This document shows positions 19,723 through 28,460 of a stretch of DNA of 42,477 nucleotides, piece after piece. Made by a program: the position numbers and the translations under genes. Below the pieces are notes generated by a model. It saw only the letters and a list, made by a program, of their open reading frames with translations, made no database searches and was not told the DNA's origin. The stretch is from Glycocaulis sp. (GTDB lineage: Bacteria; Pseudomonadota; Alphaproteobacteria; Caulobacterales; Maricaulaceae). The stretch covers positions 1 through 42,477 of the forward strand of contig NZ_JBQLZR010000309.1 of the NCBI RefSeq assembly GCF_052168375.1. The letters run 5' to 3'. How positions within the stretch are numbered: position 1 is the first letter of the stretch; every line of letters begins with the position of its first letter.

Positions 19723-21057
19723 ATGAGCTTGCGCCTCGACCGTCTCCCGATCAAGGCGGCCCTCTGGGTCGCCCTTGCCGCCTTTGCCCTCGCCTTGCCC
19801 TTCATCGTCCTTCTGGCCGGTGAACGCGCCAGCGGGAGAAGCGTACTCTGGGACTTTTCGATGGGGCTGGGCTTTGGCGCTCTGGCCGCCGCCGGTCTTC
19901 AATTCGTCCTGACCGCCCGGTTCCAGCCCATCACGCGGCCCTATGGCATCGACATAGTCTACCTGTTCCACCGCTATTTCGCGATTGGCGCGGTGGCGCT
20001 GATGCTCGGCCATTTCGGCATTCTCTACATCTGGTTCCAGCCCGAACTGGGGGACCTCAATCCCCTGACCGCGCGCTGGGAACTGACAATGGGGCGCGTG
20101 GCGCTGGCCAGCTTTGTCCTCCTCGTCATCACGTCCGAACTTCGCAAGACATTGCACCTGCCCTACGGCCTCTGGCGCTACGGGCATGTGATCCTGGCCG
20201 TCATCGCCTTCGGGTCGGCAGTCACGCATATTCTGGGCGTAGGTCATTTCACCGGCGAGGCCGACAAGCGGATCTTGTGGCTGGGCGTGGCCGTGAGCTG
20301 GGCCGGGCTTCTGGTCTGGACGCGCCTCGTCCGGCCCTTCCGCCTGTGGCGCAACCCATGGCGCATCGTTGAGAACATTCCGCGCGAAGGCGGTGTCCAT
20401 TCTCTCGTACTGGAACCCAAAGGCGAGGGTCTGAAGAACTGGAAGCCCGGCCAGTTTGTCTGGCTCACGCTCGGCGCTTCACCTTTCGCGCTGAAGGAGC
20501 ATCCCTTCACCATCTCCACCCCGCCCGAACACGGGCCGCAGGTTACGCTCTCGATCAAGCCGCTGGGCGATTTCAGCGCCTGGGCGGCACGCACCCGGCC
20601 CGGCGCGAAGGCCTATCTGGACGGCCCCTTCGGGGCTTTTTCGGTCGATAACGACCCGGACGCAGAAGGCTTTGTCATGATTGCCGGCGGGGTCGGCATC
20701 ACGCCCATGATCAGCAACATCCACGCCCTTGATGCGCGCGGCGACCAGCGGCGGGTCATCCTGATCTATGCCACCAAGGACATGGACACCGCGCATTTCC
20801 GCGATGAACTCGAAGAGCTCGAAAAGCGGCTGAACCTGCATCTGGTACACGTGCCCGAAAACCCGCCAGCAGGATGGGAAGGCGAATCCGGCTTTATCGA
20901 CCGCGAACTGCTGGAGCGCCATTTGCCAGAGGAGACACACCAATGGCCACACTTCCTGTGCGGCCCTGGCCCGCTCACCGACGCAGCAAAGTCGCATTTG
21001 CGCGCCATGGGCGTACCGCTTGCCGCAATCGACGCTGAAATCTTCGATCTGGTCTAG
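19723..21057 (+). CDS. Ferric reductase-like transmembrane domain + FAD/NAD-binding oxidoreductase
   Basis: About 6 TM with His pairs, then PGQF, HPFTIS, DGPFG, AGGVGITP, CGPG motifs. Confidence 0.9.
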   Translation: MSLRLDRLPIKAALWVALAAFALALPFIVLLAGERASGRSVLWDFSMGLGFGALAAAGLQFVLTARFQPITRPYGIDIVYLFHRYFAIGAVALMLGHFGILYIWFQPELGDLNPLTARWELTMGRVALASFVLLVITSELRKTLHLPYGLWRYGHVILAVIAFGSAVTHILGVGHFTGEADKRILWLGVAVSWAGLLVWTRLVRPFRLWRNPWRIVENIPREGGVHSLVLEPKGEGLKNWKPGQFVWLTLGASPFALKEHPFTISTPPEHGPQVTLSIKPLGDFSAWAARTRPGAKAYLDGPFGAFSVDNDPDAEGFVMIAGGVGITPMISNIHALDARGDQRRVILIYATKDMDTAHFRDELEELEKRLNLHLVHVPENPPAGWEGESGFIDRELLERHLPEETHQWPHFLCGPGPLTDAAKSHLRAMGVPLAAIDAEIFDLV

Positions 21058-21069
21058 GAGGCAGAGACG

Positions 21070-21162
21070 ATGAGACCTGTTCTGGCCCTTGTCACCGCCG
21101 TCGCCCTTGTAGGATTCGCCGTCTTGCTGGCGGCAGGTTTTGCGCTCGTCGTGAACCTCTAG
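21070..21162 (+). CDS. Putative 30-aa single-TM small protein
   Basis: AGGAGG RBS overlapping the upstream stop; MRPVLALVTAVALVGFAVLLAAGFALVVNL*. Confidence 0.6.
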   Translation: MRPVLALVTAVALVGFAVLLAAGFALVVNL

Positions 21163-21518
21163 CGGCAGGCATCGAGAAACAGGACCGGCGCGCCGATCCA
21201 GAGTGTCGACAGCGTGGCCGCGACCGTGACAATCACACAGATGCGCGCCAGCGTTTCAGCCGATGCGCCTTGCCAGCGCGCGGCGACGCGCCGCAAGGGC
21301 CAGTAAAGCGCTGCGCCCAGAGCGATGTGGGTGATATAGACCGCGATCAGTACAGTCCGGTTCAGGCTGATGCCTGCAAATGCCGCCTCTTCCCATCCGG
21401 CCCGGCACCCGATGGCATGCACGCCGTAAAGCGCACAAAACCCGATCGCCCAGAGCGTGAAGCCTGCGATAAGCCAGTAGAGATCGGGGCCGCGGACGCG
21501 GCGCAAGGCCTTGTTCAT
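21159..21518 (-). CDS. Small 3-TM membrane protein, last gene of the oxidase operon
   Basis: ATGA overlap with the ctaD stop; W..F..LYG.HAIGC..GW motif. Confidence 0.8.
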   Translation of the reverse strand: MNKALRRVRGPDLYWLIAGFTLWAIGFCALYGVHAIGCRAGWEEAAFAGISLNRTVLIAVYITHIALGAALYWPLRRVAARWQGASAETLARICVIVTVAATLSTLWIGAPVLFLDACR

Positions 21519-24016
21519 CCCATCCCCCAGGGCGCCAGAACGAGCAGGGCCAGACCCCCAAGCCCGGTGACTGCGGTGTAGGTCTGCCAGATGGCCGTCC
21601 CTCGCATGTCGGCAGAGCGTAGCGCCGAGACATAGCCGGCCCCGATGCGCGCGAGCGCATAGGCGCAGAACAGTAAGCCCAGGATCAGGTGCAACAGGAC
21701 ATAGCCCAGGATCGCCATTGTGACTGCCGCATAGGCATGGGTTTGCGGCGCGGGCGCATCGAGGACGGCGATGGCGGCCAGACCCGCACCGGCAATCAGA
21801 GTTGAAACGAGAGACCCGGCAAGGTGAAGCACACGGGCACGTTTAAGGCGCCTTGCATTGGCCCGCCGTGCCGCCCACGCAAAACCTGCCAGGCCGGCAA
21901 GACCGATAACGGCCCCCGTCAGCGAGACCGGGTTGGCGGCGAGAAAGTCCGGCGGCGGCCAGTCCGGAGCCGTTGTCCACAGGAACAGAAAGCCGAACGC
22001 GAGAGAGCCGAAGAAGGCGGCATTGGCGGCGAGAAAGTATTTCAGTCCGAGCAGGGTTGGTACGCTGGAGGCGGCATAATGCACCGGCAGCCACTCTCCC
22101 TTCGCCGCCTCTATCGGCTCCGGATCGGCTTTTGCGCCGAGGGACCAGAGCCAGCGCCAGCCAAACACGGTTGCCAGCACGAGGCCGAGGGGCGCAATCC
22201 AGTAGACGCTCAGCAGGAAGGCGACAAAAAAGATGGCGAGCGACAGCGCCATCCAGAACGGCGTGTAGTCATTTTGCGGCAGGACCAGCACATGGTCAGG
22301 TTCGCCCGTCACCATGTCGACGCACAGTGTCTCCATCTGTCCGCGCGGCGCCCCGGCAAGATATCCCTTGCCTGATGCTATCTCGGCGCCGAGGCGCGCA
22401 TTGACGGTCAACGGATCACGGTCGTCCACACGTGGCAGCGCGGCAAAGTTATAGCTGGGCGCAGGCGTCGGCATCGCCCAGTCCAGCCCTGTTCCGCCCC
22501 ACGGATTGCGCCGGAAACGCCGACCGAACCGGGTTTGCAGGACCAGGTCGATGACGAACAGGGCAAAGCCCGCCGTCATCACGAAACCGCCCACCGATGA
22601 GATGAGGTTCATCGTGTCCCAGCCGTCAGACGCCCCATAGGTGAAGACACGGCGCGGCATGCCCATCAACCCGGTGAAATGCATGATCAGGAAGGTGCCG
22701 TGGAAGCCGAGGAAGATGAGCCAGAAAGCCGTTCTCGACACTGCAAACACAGGCAATCGCCCCGTCATCAGCGGAAGCCAGTAATAGGCGGCTGCCAGCA
22801 TCGGGAACACGAACCCACCGATCAGCACATAGTGCAGATGGGCAACGACGAAATGCGTATCGTGCGCCTGCCAGTTGAAGGGTACGAGCGCGAGCATCAC
22901 GCCTGTCAGCCCGCCAAGGATGAAGACCGAAAAGAACCCCATCAGGTAGAGCATGGGCAGGCTCATCTGCGGCCGCCCGCGCATCAGCGTCGCGATCCAC
23001 GCAAAGATCTGGACCGCGGTCGGCACCGCCACCAGCATGGAGGCTGCCGAGAAGAAGGCGAGCGCCAGATGCGGGATGCCGGTGGTGAACATGTGGTGCA
23101 CCCACAGCCCGAAGCTGAGGAAAGCCAGCGCGATGATGGCGGCGACGATCCACGCATAGCCGACGATTTTCGTACGCGCGAAGACCGGAATCAGGGTGGA
23201 GACCGCCCCGGCGGCGGGCAGGAAGATGATGTAGACCTCCGGATGACCGAACAGCCAGAACAGGTGCTGCCAGAGCAAAGGCGCGCCGCCGCGCTCCGGG
23301 TCAAAGAACGGCCAGTTGAAGGCCCGCTCGATCTCCAGAAGGACGCTGCCAAGGATCAGGGGCGGAAAGGCGATCAGCATCATCGCCGCCGTGACCAGCA
23401 GGTACCAGGCCATCAGGGGCAGGCGTGTGAGCGCCATGCCCGCAGTGCGCACCTTGAGCACCGTCACGACGATCTCCACCGCCGCACAGACGGCGGAAAT
23501 CTCCACGAAGGTGACGCCCAGCAGCCAGACATCGGCATTGATGCCGGGCGTGTAGGTGGCAGACGCCAGCGGCGTATACATGAACCAGCCGCCATCGGGC
23601 GCTACCCCGGCCAGCATGGCCACCAGGATGATCGTGCCGCCAAAGAGGTAGCACCAGTACCCGAACGCGGAGAGGCGCGGATAGGCGAGGTCGCGCGCGC
23701 CCATGATCTTGGGCAGGAGGTAGAGTGCGACCCCTTCGATCAGGGGGATGGCGAAGAGGAACATCATCACCGTGCCATGCATGGTGAAGATCTGGTTGTA
23801 GGCCTCCGCCCCGAGGAAGGGATTATCGGGGCGGGCGAGCTGGGCGCGGATCAGCATGGCCAGAAGCCCGCCAATCGCGAAATAGATAAAGGCGGTCAGG
23901 ATGAAGCGCCGTCCAACGACGGAGTGATTGACCGCCGAGAGCGCTGCAAGCCCCTTTGGCGCGCGCCAGAGGGCATCGAGCGCGCGGTGCAGGCCGACAG
24001 GTGTCTGCCCGCTCAT
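21515..24016 (-). CDS. ctaD: Cytochrome c oxidase subunit I (A1 type) with fused subunit III-like C-terminus
   Basis: TMHGT, WLFGHPEVY, WVHHMF, VAHLHYV, GMPRR; 833 aa with extra C-terminal TM helices. Confidence 0.95.
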   Translation of the reverse strand: MSGQTPVGLHRALDALWRAPKGLAALSAVNHSVVGRRFILTAFIYFAIGGLLAMLIRAQLARPDNPFLGAEAYNQIFTMHGTVMMFLFAIPLIEGVALYLLPKIMGARDLAYPRLSAFGYWCYLFGGTIILVAMLAGVAPDGGWFMYTPLASATYTPGINADVWLLGVTFVEISAVCAAVEIVVTVLKVRTAGMALTRLPLMAWYLLVTAAMMLIAFPPLILGSVLLEIERAFNWPFFDPERGGAPLLWQHLFWLFGHPEVYIIFLPAAGAVSTLIPVFARTKIVGYAWIVAAIIALAFLSFGLWVHHMFTTGIPHLALAFFSAASMLVAVPTAVQIFAWIATLMRGRPQMSLPMLYLMGFFSVFILGGLTGVMLALVPFNWQAHDTHFVVAHLHYVLIGGFVFPMLAAAYYWLPLMTGRLPVFAVSRTAFWLIFLGFHGTFLIMHFTGLMGMPRRVFTYGASDGWDTMNLISSVGGFVMTAGFALFVIDLVLQTRFGRRFRRNPWGGTGLDWAMPTPAPSYNFAALPRVDDRDPLTVNARLGAEIASGKGYLAGAPRGQMETLCVDMVTGEPDHVLVLPQNDYTPFWMALSLAIFFVAFLLSVYWIAPLGLVLATVFGWRWLWSLGAKADPEPIEAAKGEWLPVHYAASSVPTLLGLKYFLAANAAFFGSLAFGFLFLWTTAPDWPPPDFLAANPVSLTGAVIGLAGLAGFAWAARRANARRLKRARVLHLAGSLVSTLIAGAGLAAIAVLDAPAPQTHAYAAVTMAILGYVLLHLILGLLFCAYALARIGAGYVSALRSADMRGTAIWQTYTAVTGLGGLALLVLAPWGMG

Positions 24017-24738
24017 GGTGTCGCCTCGCCGTCTAAGCCTGCGGCGCGGCGCGCCTCGTATTCCGCTGGTGCATGGGCGATCACCTGAAAGCGCATCGTG
24101 GTGTGATCAAGCCCGCAGAACTCCGCACACATGCCTTCATAAATGCCCGGCTCCGGCGCGATGATGCGCAACGTGTTGACCGTGCCGGGAATGGCGTCGG
24201 TCTTGCCTGCAAGGCGCGGCACCCAGAACGCATGGATCACATCGGCAGAGCGAATTTCCACATCGACCGGCTCGCCTGCCGGGATGTACAGCACGTTGCG
24301 CGTGACAGCCGGGCTGTCAGGGTAGGCAAAGTCCCAGCCCCACTGGAATGCATCGGCCCGCACGGTGTGAACCCCGTCCTCGCCACCGGCCAGCATGGAC
24401 TGCCCCGATGGCAGTCCCCACGCCAGAAGTGCCGTGAGTACCACCATCGGAAAGGCCAGCCCTCCGGCCCAAAGCCAGACGTGTTCGGGAACCTCGCGGG
24501 CCTGATGCCGTTTCAGGAAGGGTAACAGGACCAGGCCCATCATGAAGATGAGGATGAGGAGCGATCCGCTCATCATCACCCACCACACGGTCGCGATCGA
24601 CTGCGCGGCGGGGCCAGCAGGGTCCAGCGCGGAAAGCGCACCCTCGCACCCGGACAGCCCGGTTGCGGCAAGGCCAAGGAGCAAGGGGAGACGCAGATGG
24701 CGGACACTCGCAGCGAGGAAAACTCGCAGACCTTCCAC
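24013..24738 (-). CDS. coxB: Cytochrome c oxidase subunit II (CuA, lipoprotein); start uncertain
   Basis: Lipobox LSGC, QWGW, DVIHAFW, CAEFCGLDHTTM; nearest in-frame GTG at 24738; ATGA overlap with ctaD. Confidence 0.88.
   Translation of the reverse strand: MEGLRVFLAASVRHLRLPLLLGLAATGLSGCEGALSALDPAGPAAQSIATVWWVMMSGSLLILIFMMGLVLLPFLKRHQAREVPEHVWLWAGGLAFPMVVLTALLAWGLPSGQSMLAGGEDGVHTVRADAFQWGWDFAYPDSPAVTRNVLYIPAGEPVDVEIRSADVIHAFWVPRLAGKTDAIPGTVNTLRIIAPEPGIYEGMCAEFCGLDHTTMRFQVIAHAPAEYEARRAAGLDGEATP
24488..24512 (+). promoter_or_regulatory. EcfG/SigT-type promoter inside coxB, antisense, pointing at DUF2231
   Basis: GGAAC-N16-CGTT, exact consensus. Confidence 0.6.
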
Positions 24739-25269
24739 AACCCCTCTGCCGCCGACCCGGCCTATCACGACCTCGACAGCCGCATCGCCGTTGCCGGGCA
24801 CCCGGTTCACGCCATGCTGGTTGCCTTTCCCATTGCCGGTGCCTTCGCACTGGCGTTCTGCGATGTCGCCTACTGGTGGACCAGCGACCCGTTCTGGGCG
24901 CGCGCTGCCATCTGGGCGAGCGGGGGCGGCTTCCTCATGGGCTGCCTTGCCGCGCTCGCGGGCGCTGCCGAATTGCTGCTCGTGCCCGGCGTGCGCCGCC
25001 GCGCCGCCGCATGGAGCCATGGCGTCGCGGCAATGGTGTTGCTCGGTGTGATGGGCGCTAGCTGGTCCTTGCGCCTGCAACAGGGCGCCGAGGCCATCCT
25101 GCCCTGGGGCCTGATCCTGAGCTGGCTGGCGCTTGGCCTTGTCGGCATTGCCGGCTGGCATGGCGGAAAGCTGGTGTTTGAACATCAGGTCGGCATCTCC
25201 CTGCCGGTAGAGGAAGACGAGGAACCCCCGCTTCCGTCTTCGGAGATAAAGGGCAATTCCCCCTCCTGA
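24697..25269 (+). CDS. DUF2231 membrane protein, antisense within the oxidase operon
   Basis: GHPVHAMLVAFPI..H..GWHGGKLVF motifs, 4 TM, AAGGGGAG RBS. Confidence 0.9.
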   Translation: MADTRSEENSQTFHNPSAADPAYHDLDSRIAVAGHPVHAMLVAFPIAGAFALAFCDVAYWWTSDPFWARAAIWASGGGFLMGCLAALAGAAELLLVPGVRRRAAAWSHGVAAMVLLGVMGASWSLRLQQGAEAILPWGLILSWLALGLVGIAGWHGGKLVFEHQVGISLPVEEDEEPPLPSSEIKGNSPS

Positions 25270-25718
25270 CCCTGCAGGAGCCAGCCCGGCATCCAGCCAT
25301 CGGGCAGATCCGGGCGTCCAAGCACCAGGAGCAGAACCGCGCCCGACGTGACGCACGCGCCTGTCAGCAGGCCTGCCCGCACCAGTGGTGTCGGGCGCGC
25401 GCCCGGCGCTTCGAGCTGGTCCAGCACGCGGGCAACCAGCATGTGAATGCCAGCCATCGCGGATACGGCTGCGAGTTTCAGAAACAGCCAGTCCTGCGCG
25501 GGCACAAAGAAGATCAGCGAGATGCCGCTGGCAATGGCGATGACCGCCGCGGGCGAGACCAGCGCATCATGGGCAAAGCGCGAGAAATGATGGAGCCGCA
25601 CCACGGCGGCGCGGCTGGGCATTTCATTGTCCCGCCGCAACAGGACCGGCAGCGCAATGAGCCCGCCCGCCCACAGCGTTATCGCCAGAATATGGATCGA
25701 TTTCAGTGCGATCAGCAT
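25185..25718 (-). CDS. CopD/HemJ(UPF0093)-like membrane protein
   Basis: LKSIH..W..GL, WLFLKL..H; ATG 25718 overlaps the upstream stop (TGATG). Confidence 0.78.
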   Translation of the reverse strand: MLIALKSIHILAITLWAGGLIALPVLLRRDNEMPSRAAVVRLHHFSRFAHDALVSPAAVIAIASGISLIFFVPAQDWLFLKLAAVSAMAGIHMLVARVLDQLEAPGARPTPLVRAGLLTGACVTSGAVLLLVLGRPDLPDGWMPGWLLQGQEGELPFISEDGSGGSSSSSTGREMPT

Positions 25719-26479
25719 CACCGCCCGTCCGCGCTCCGCTTCAGGCCCAGAGCCGATGCCACGGCGAGGGCGAGGGCCGCGAGATAGGGCAGCACACCCG
25801 GAACCCACATGATGAGACCGGCGAGCTGTTGATCCTCCAGGGCGGAAAGACCCCAGACAGTCGTGGTCGCCAGATGCGGCTCGTAAAGCGCTTGCGGCGC
25901 CAGCGCGATGAGCGCGCCGAGCAGGCCCATCTGCGCAGCAAAACCGGCCAGTGTCCCAGCCGTTGCAGTGATATCGCTCCAGCGCGCCATCAAGGCCCGC
26001 CAGAACCAGACGCCGCTGCAGAGGAGGCTCGCCTGCATCAGCCAGTAAATGGCGTCATGGCTCAAGGCTTCGCCATAAGGCGCAGGCGCATGCCAGAACC
26101 AGAAAATGACGGTGTGCAGCACACCGGCAATCGCCAGCCCGCCGGTCAGACGCCGCCCGCCAAGCCCGTAGGCCAGCAATGGCGCCAGCACGGCCACCAG
26201 CACAAGGTGATTGACCGCGCGCATCGAGAAGAGAGCCACGCTCATCGCGCAAAATGGGGAAACATAGAGCGTGAAGGCTATCAGCCAGGCTGCCAGCAGG
26301 GCCGGATTGCGCCGGCGCTCATCACCGCTGCGGCGCGAGGCAAGGATCGTCCCGCCGAGCAGCGCTACAAGCAGACCTGCAATCAATAGCGGGTCAGCAT
26401 TCCAGCTGGTCCAGAGACTGTCCGGCAGCGCTGGCGGACCGCAATAGGCATCGGACGCCCAGGCTACGCCCGGCGTCAT
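25718..26479 (-). CDS. Cytochrome c oxidase assembly protein (Caa3_CtaG type)
   Basis: YCG..P..W..WN, LFS.R..HL..APL, WFWHAP, DQQLAGLIMW; ATG 26479. Confidence 0.88.
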   Translation of the reverse strand: MTPGVAWASDAYCGPPALPDSLWTSWNADPLLIAGLLVALLGGTILASRRSGDERRRNPALLAAWLIAFTLYVSPFCAMSVALFSMRAVNHLVLVAVLAPLLAYGLGGRRLTGGLAIAGVLHTVIFWFWHAPAPYGEALSHDAIYWLMQASLLCSGVWFWRALMARWSDITATAGTLAGFAAQMGLLGALIALAPQALYEPHLATTTVWGLSALEDQQLAGLIMWVPGVLPYLAALALAVASALGLKRSADGR

Positions 26480-26549
26480 GCCTGCACCGTGTTGTCCTGT
26501 AGGGGTCGGACCATCGCGCCCTCCTGCCCGGCTATCGGCCTGGCAGGGT

Positions 26550-26575
26550 AACCCGCCTTGCGCGCCGAAGGTTCC
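26550..26575 (-). promoter_or_regulatory. EcfG/SigT-type promoter of the oxidase operon
   Basis: Minus strand GGAAC-N17-GGTT, about 70 nt upstream of ATG 26479. Confidence 0.65.
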
Positions 26576-26615
26576 GGCAGACGCACGCAGAACCTGCACA
26601 GCCCTCACCCAGCAA

Positions 26616-26640
26616 GGAACGTTTCGCCACGCGCCGGGTT
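26616..26640 (+). promoter_or_regulatory. EcfG/SigT-type promoter of DUF3008
   Basis: GGAAC-N16-GGTT, about 55 nt upstream of ATG 26694. Confidence 0.7.
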
Positions 26641-26693
26641 GTCATTTCAGTGCCCGAAGGGCGCGCAGCGACAGCGATGGCAAGGAGGTTTCC

Positions 26694-26882
26694 ATGCCCG
26701 CCAAATCGAAAAGTCAGCAGAAGGCTGCAGGCGCAGCCCTCGCCGTGAAACGCGGCGACATCAAGAAAAGCGAACTGAAAGGTGCGTCCAAGGAAATGGC
26801 AGAGTCCATGTCCGAGGACGAGCTTGAGGAAATGGCCTCGACCCCGCGCAAGGGAAAGCCGGAAAAGGTCAAGCAGTCCTGA
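26694..26882 (+). CDS. DUF3008 family small stress protein
   Basis: MPAKSKSQQKAAGAALAVKRG..LKGASKEM..SMSE.ELEE.AST; AAGGAGG RBS. Confidence 0.92.
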   Translation: MPAKSKSQQKAAGAALAVKRGDIKKSELKGASKEMAESMSEDELEEMASTPRKGKPEKVKQS

Positions 26883-26949
26883 CTGGCTGTAATCCCGGCC
26901 CGGCCCGAATTTTCAACACCCTGCGCCGCGAGGGCTGCAAGGAGGTCTG

Positions 26950-27225
26950 ATGTCGCTATTTCTGAAAATCCTGGGCGTCCTGATCCTGATTGCGGGGCTC
27001 GCGGTATCGTGGTCTCCCATCCCGCTGGGCATTGTGCTTATCCCTGTCGGACTGGGCCTGCTCGTTGCGACATCACAGTCGGTGAGGAACTGGCTGAAAC
27101 GGCGCCGGGAAAACAATCCCGGTCTCGACCGCTGGCTGCGCAAGTCGGAAGACAAGGTGCCCGAGCGCCTGTCCGAGCCCTTGCGCCGCACCGATGCGGA
27201 TAATGCCAACCAACAGGAGCCCTAG
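26950..27225 (+). CDS. Small hairpin membrane protein (PGPGW-like)
   Basis: AAGGAGG RBS; two TM segments joined by SPIPLG, basic amphipathic tail. Confidence 0.75.
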   Translation: MSLFLKILGVLILIAGLAVSWSPIPLGIVLIPVGLGLLVATSQSVRNWLKRRRENNPGLDRWLRKSEDKVPERLSEPLRRTDADNANQQEP

Positions 27226-28460
27226 CGCCGCAGCGAGCGCAAATCCTCTTCAACCGCCCAGAGACGGTCCTGTCCCCAATGGGCGGGCAGGTCGTTCACC
27301 CTGAAGCTCGGCACACCCCACAGACCGGCTTCGAGCATTGCCTCGCGATTGGCTTCGGCCCGTGCGCGCCAGCTTTGATCGGTGAGTGCTGCGTCCATCT
27401 CTGCGCGGGAGACCCCGGCGCGAAGGCACAGGTGTTCGAGCCCGTCATCGCTGCTTGCATCCACGCCTTCGGCAAAGACGCCCTGCAGGAAGGAGAGGAG
27501 GAAGCTGGCGCCCCTTTCGCTCTCAAGCACCGAAAAGAGCACTGCAAGACCGCGATTGACCGGTTCGCCCACCGGATCACACACCTTGCCGAAGGGCAGG
27601 CCGAGGCGCTCTGCCTCGCGTTTTGTGTCGCGCAGGATATAGAGCCGCTTGGCAAGCGGCACGGGCAGGCCGCGCATCACCATCGGCAGGACCGGGCGCA
27701 GGCGCAGCTTTGCCCCGCTCGCCTCTGCCAGCGCGATAAGGCGGGGCATGGCGATGTAGGTATAGGGGCTGCGCAAGGAGACGAAGGCTTCGATTGTATC
27801 CTTGCTGGAGGCTTTCACCTCCAGCGTGACATCGCGCGCTTTGACGAAGCGGGAGCCGCCGCGCCTGATCTTCGCCAGCCGGTCCTCCAGATAGGGCAGC
27901 CGGTCGAGCCCCCAATACCATTCCCCCTCAAAGGCGAACATGCCGCCCAGATAATGGCCCCGCCGGGCGCGCAGGCCCTTGGCGAGTGCGGATTTCGCGT
28001 CCCCGCTGGCAAGCGGGATGGTGGATGCCTTCCCGGTCTTGAAGGCCCGTTCGATGGCGCTGGAAATGGCTGCGAATACCGTCGCGTCATCTACGCCGGC
28101 GAGCGCGCCTTGCGCCCTGGCAAGCAATTCGTCCGACGGTATGTCTGTAAAGCTCGGCTCGATGCCGAGCCCCCGCGCCAGCGTCTGTGCATCACGCAAG
28201 GACCACAGCTTCAGCCGCTCGGCATCGGGCGCGGCCGCAGCATCCGGCGGCGGCACGATGCACTGGACAATGCGTGCCCCCCAGACCGTCTCCAGATGCG
28301 GCAGGGCACGTGCGGCCAGCGCCGAATACGGGTCATCGACCTGATGGAAATAGTGCACGACGGGGCGCGAGAAATTGAGCCGCCGCCGGGAGGCAGCAAA
28401 GCCGCGCTGCACGGCGCGCAAGGCGGGACTGGTGATGATGCGCGGCAGAAGCGTTTTCAT
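27222..28460 (-). CDS. Tandem-domain DSBA / kappa-GST (HCCA isomerase-like) protein
   Basis: Two repeats: [15 protein letters not shown] and [26 protein letters not shown]. Confidence 0.85.
   Translation of the reverse strand: MKTLLPRIITSPALRAVQRGFAASRRRLNFSRPVVHYFHQVDDPYSALAARALPHLETVWGARIVQCIVPPPDAAAAPDAERLKLWSLRDAQTLARGLGIEPSFTDIPSDELLARAQGALAGVDDATVFAAISSAIERAFKTGKASTIPLASGDAKSALAKGLRARRGHYLGGMFAFEGEWYWGLDRLPYLEDRLAKIRRGGSRFVKARDVTLEVKASSKDTIEAFVSLRSPYTYIAMPRLIALAEASGAKLRLRPVLPMVMRGLPVPLAKRLYILRDTKREAERLGLPFGKVCDPVGEPVNRGLAVLFSVLESERGASFLLSFLQGVFAEGVDASSDDGLEHLCLRAGVSRAEMDAALTDQSWRARAEANREAMLEAGLWGVPSFRVNDLPAHWGQDRLWAVEEDLRSLRR

Noticed and set aside
22679-24088. 469-aa plus-strand ORF and similar long antisense ORFs (27279-28478, 30978-32372)
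   Set aside because: Codon-bias shadows of ctaD, the DSBA gene and the sulfatase
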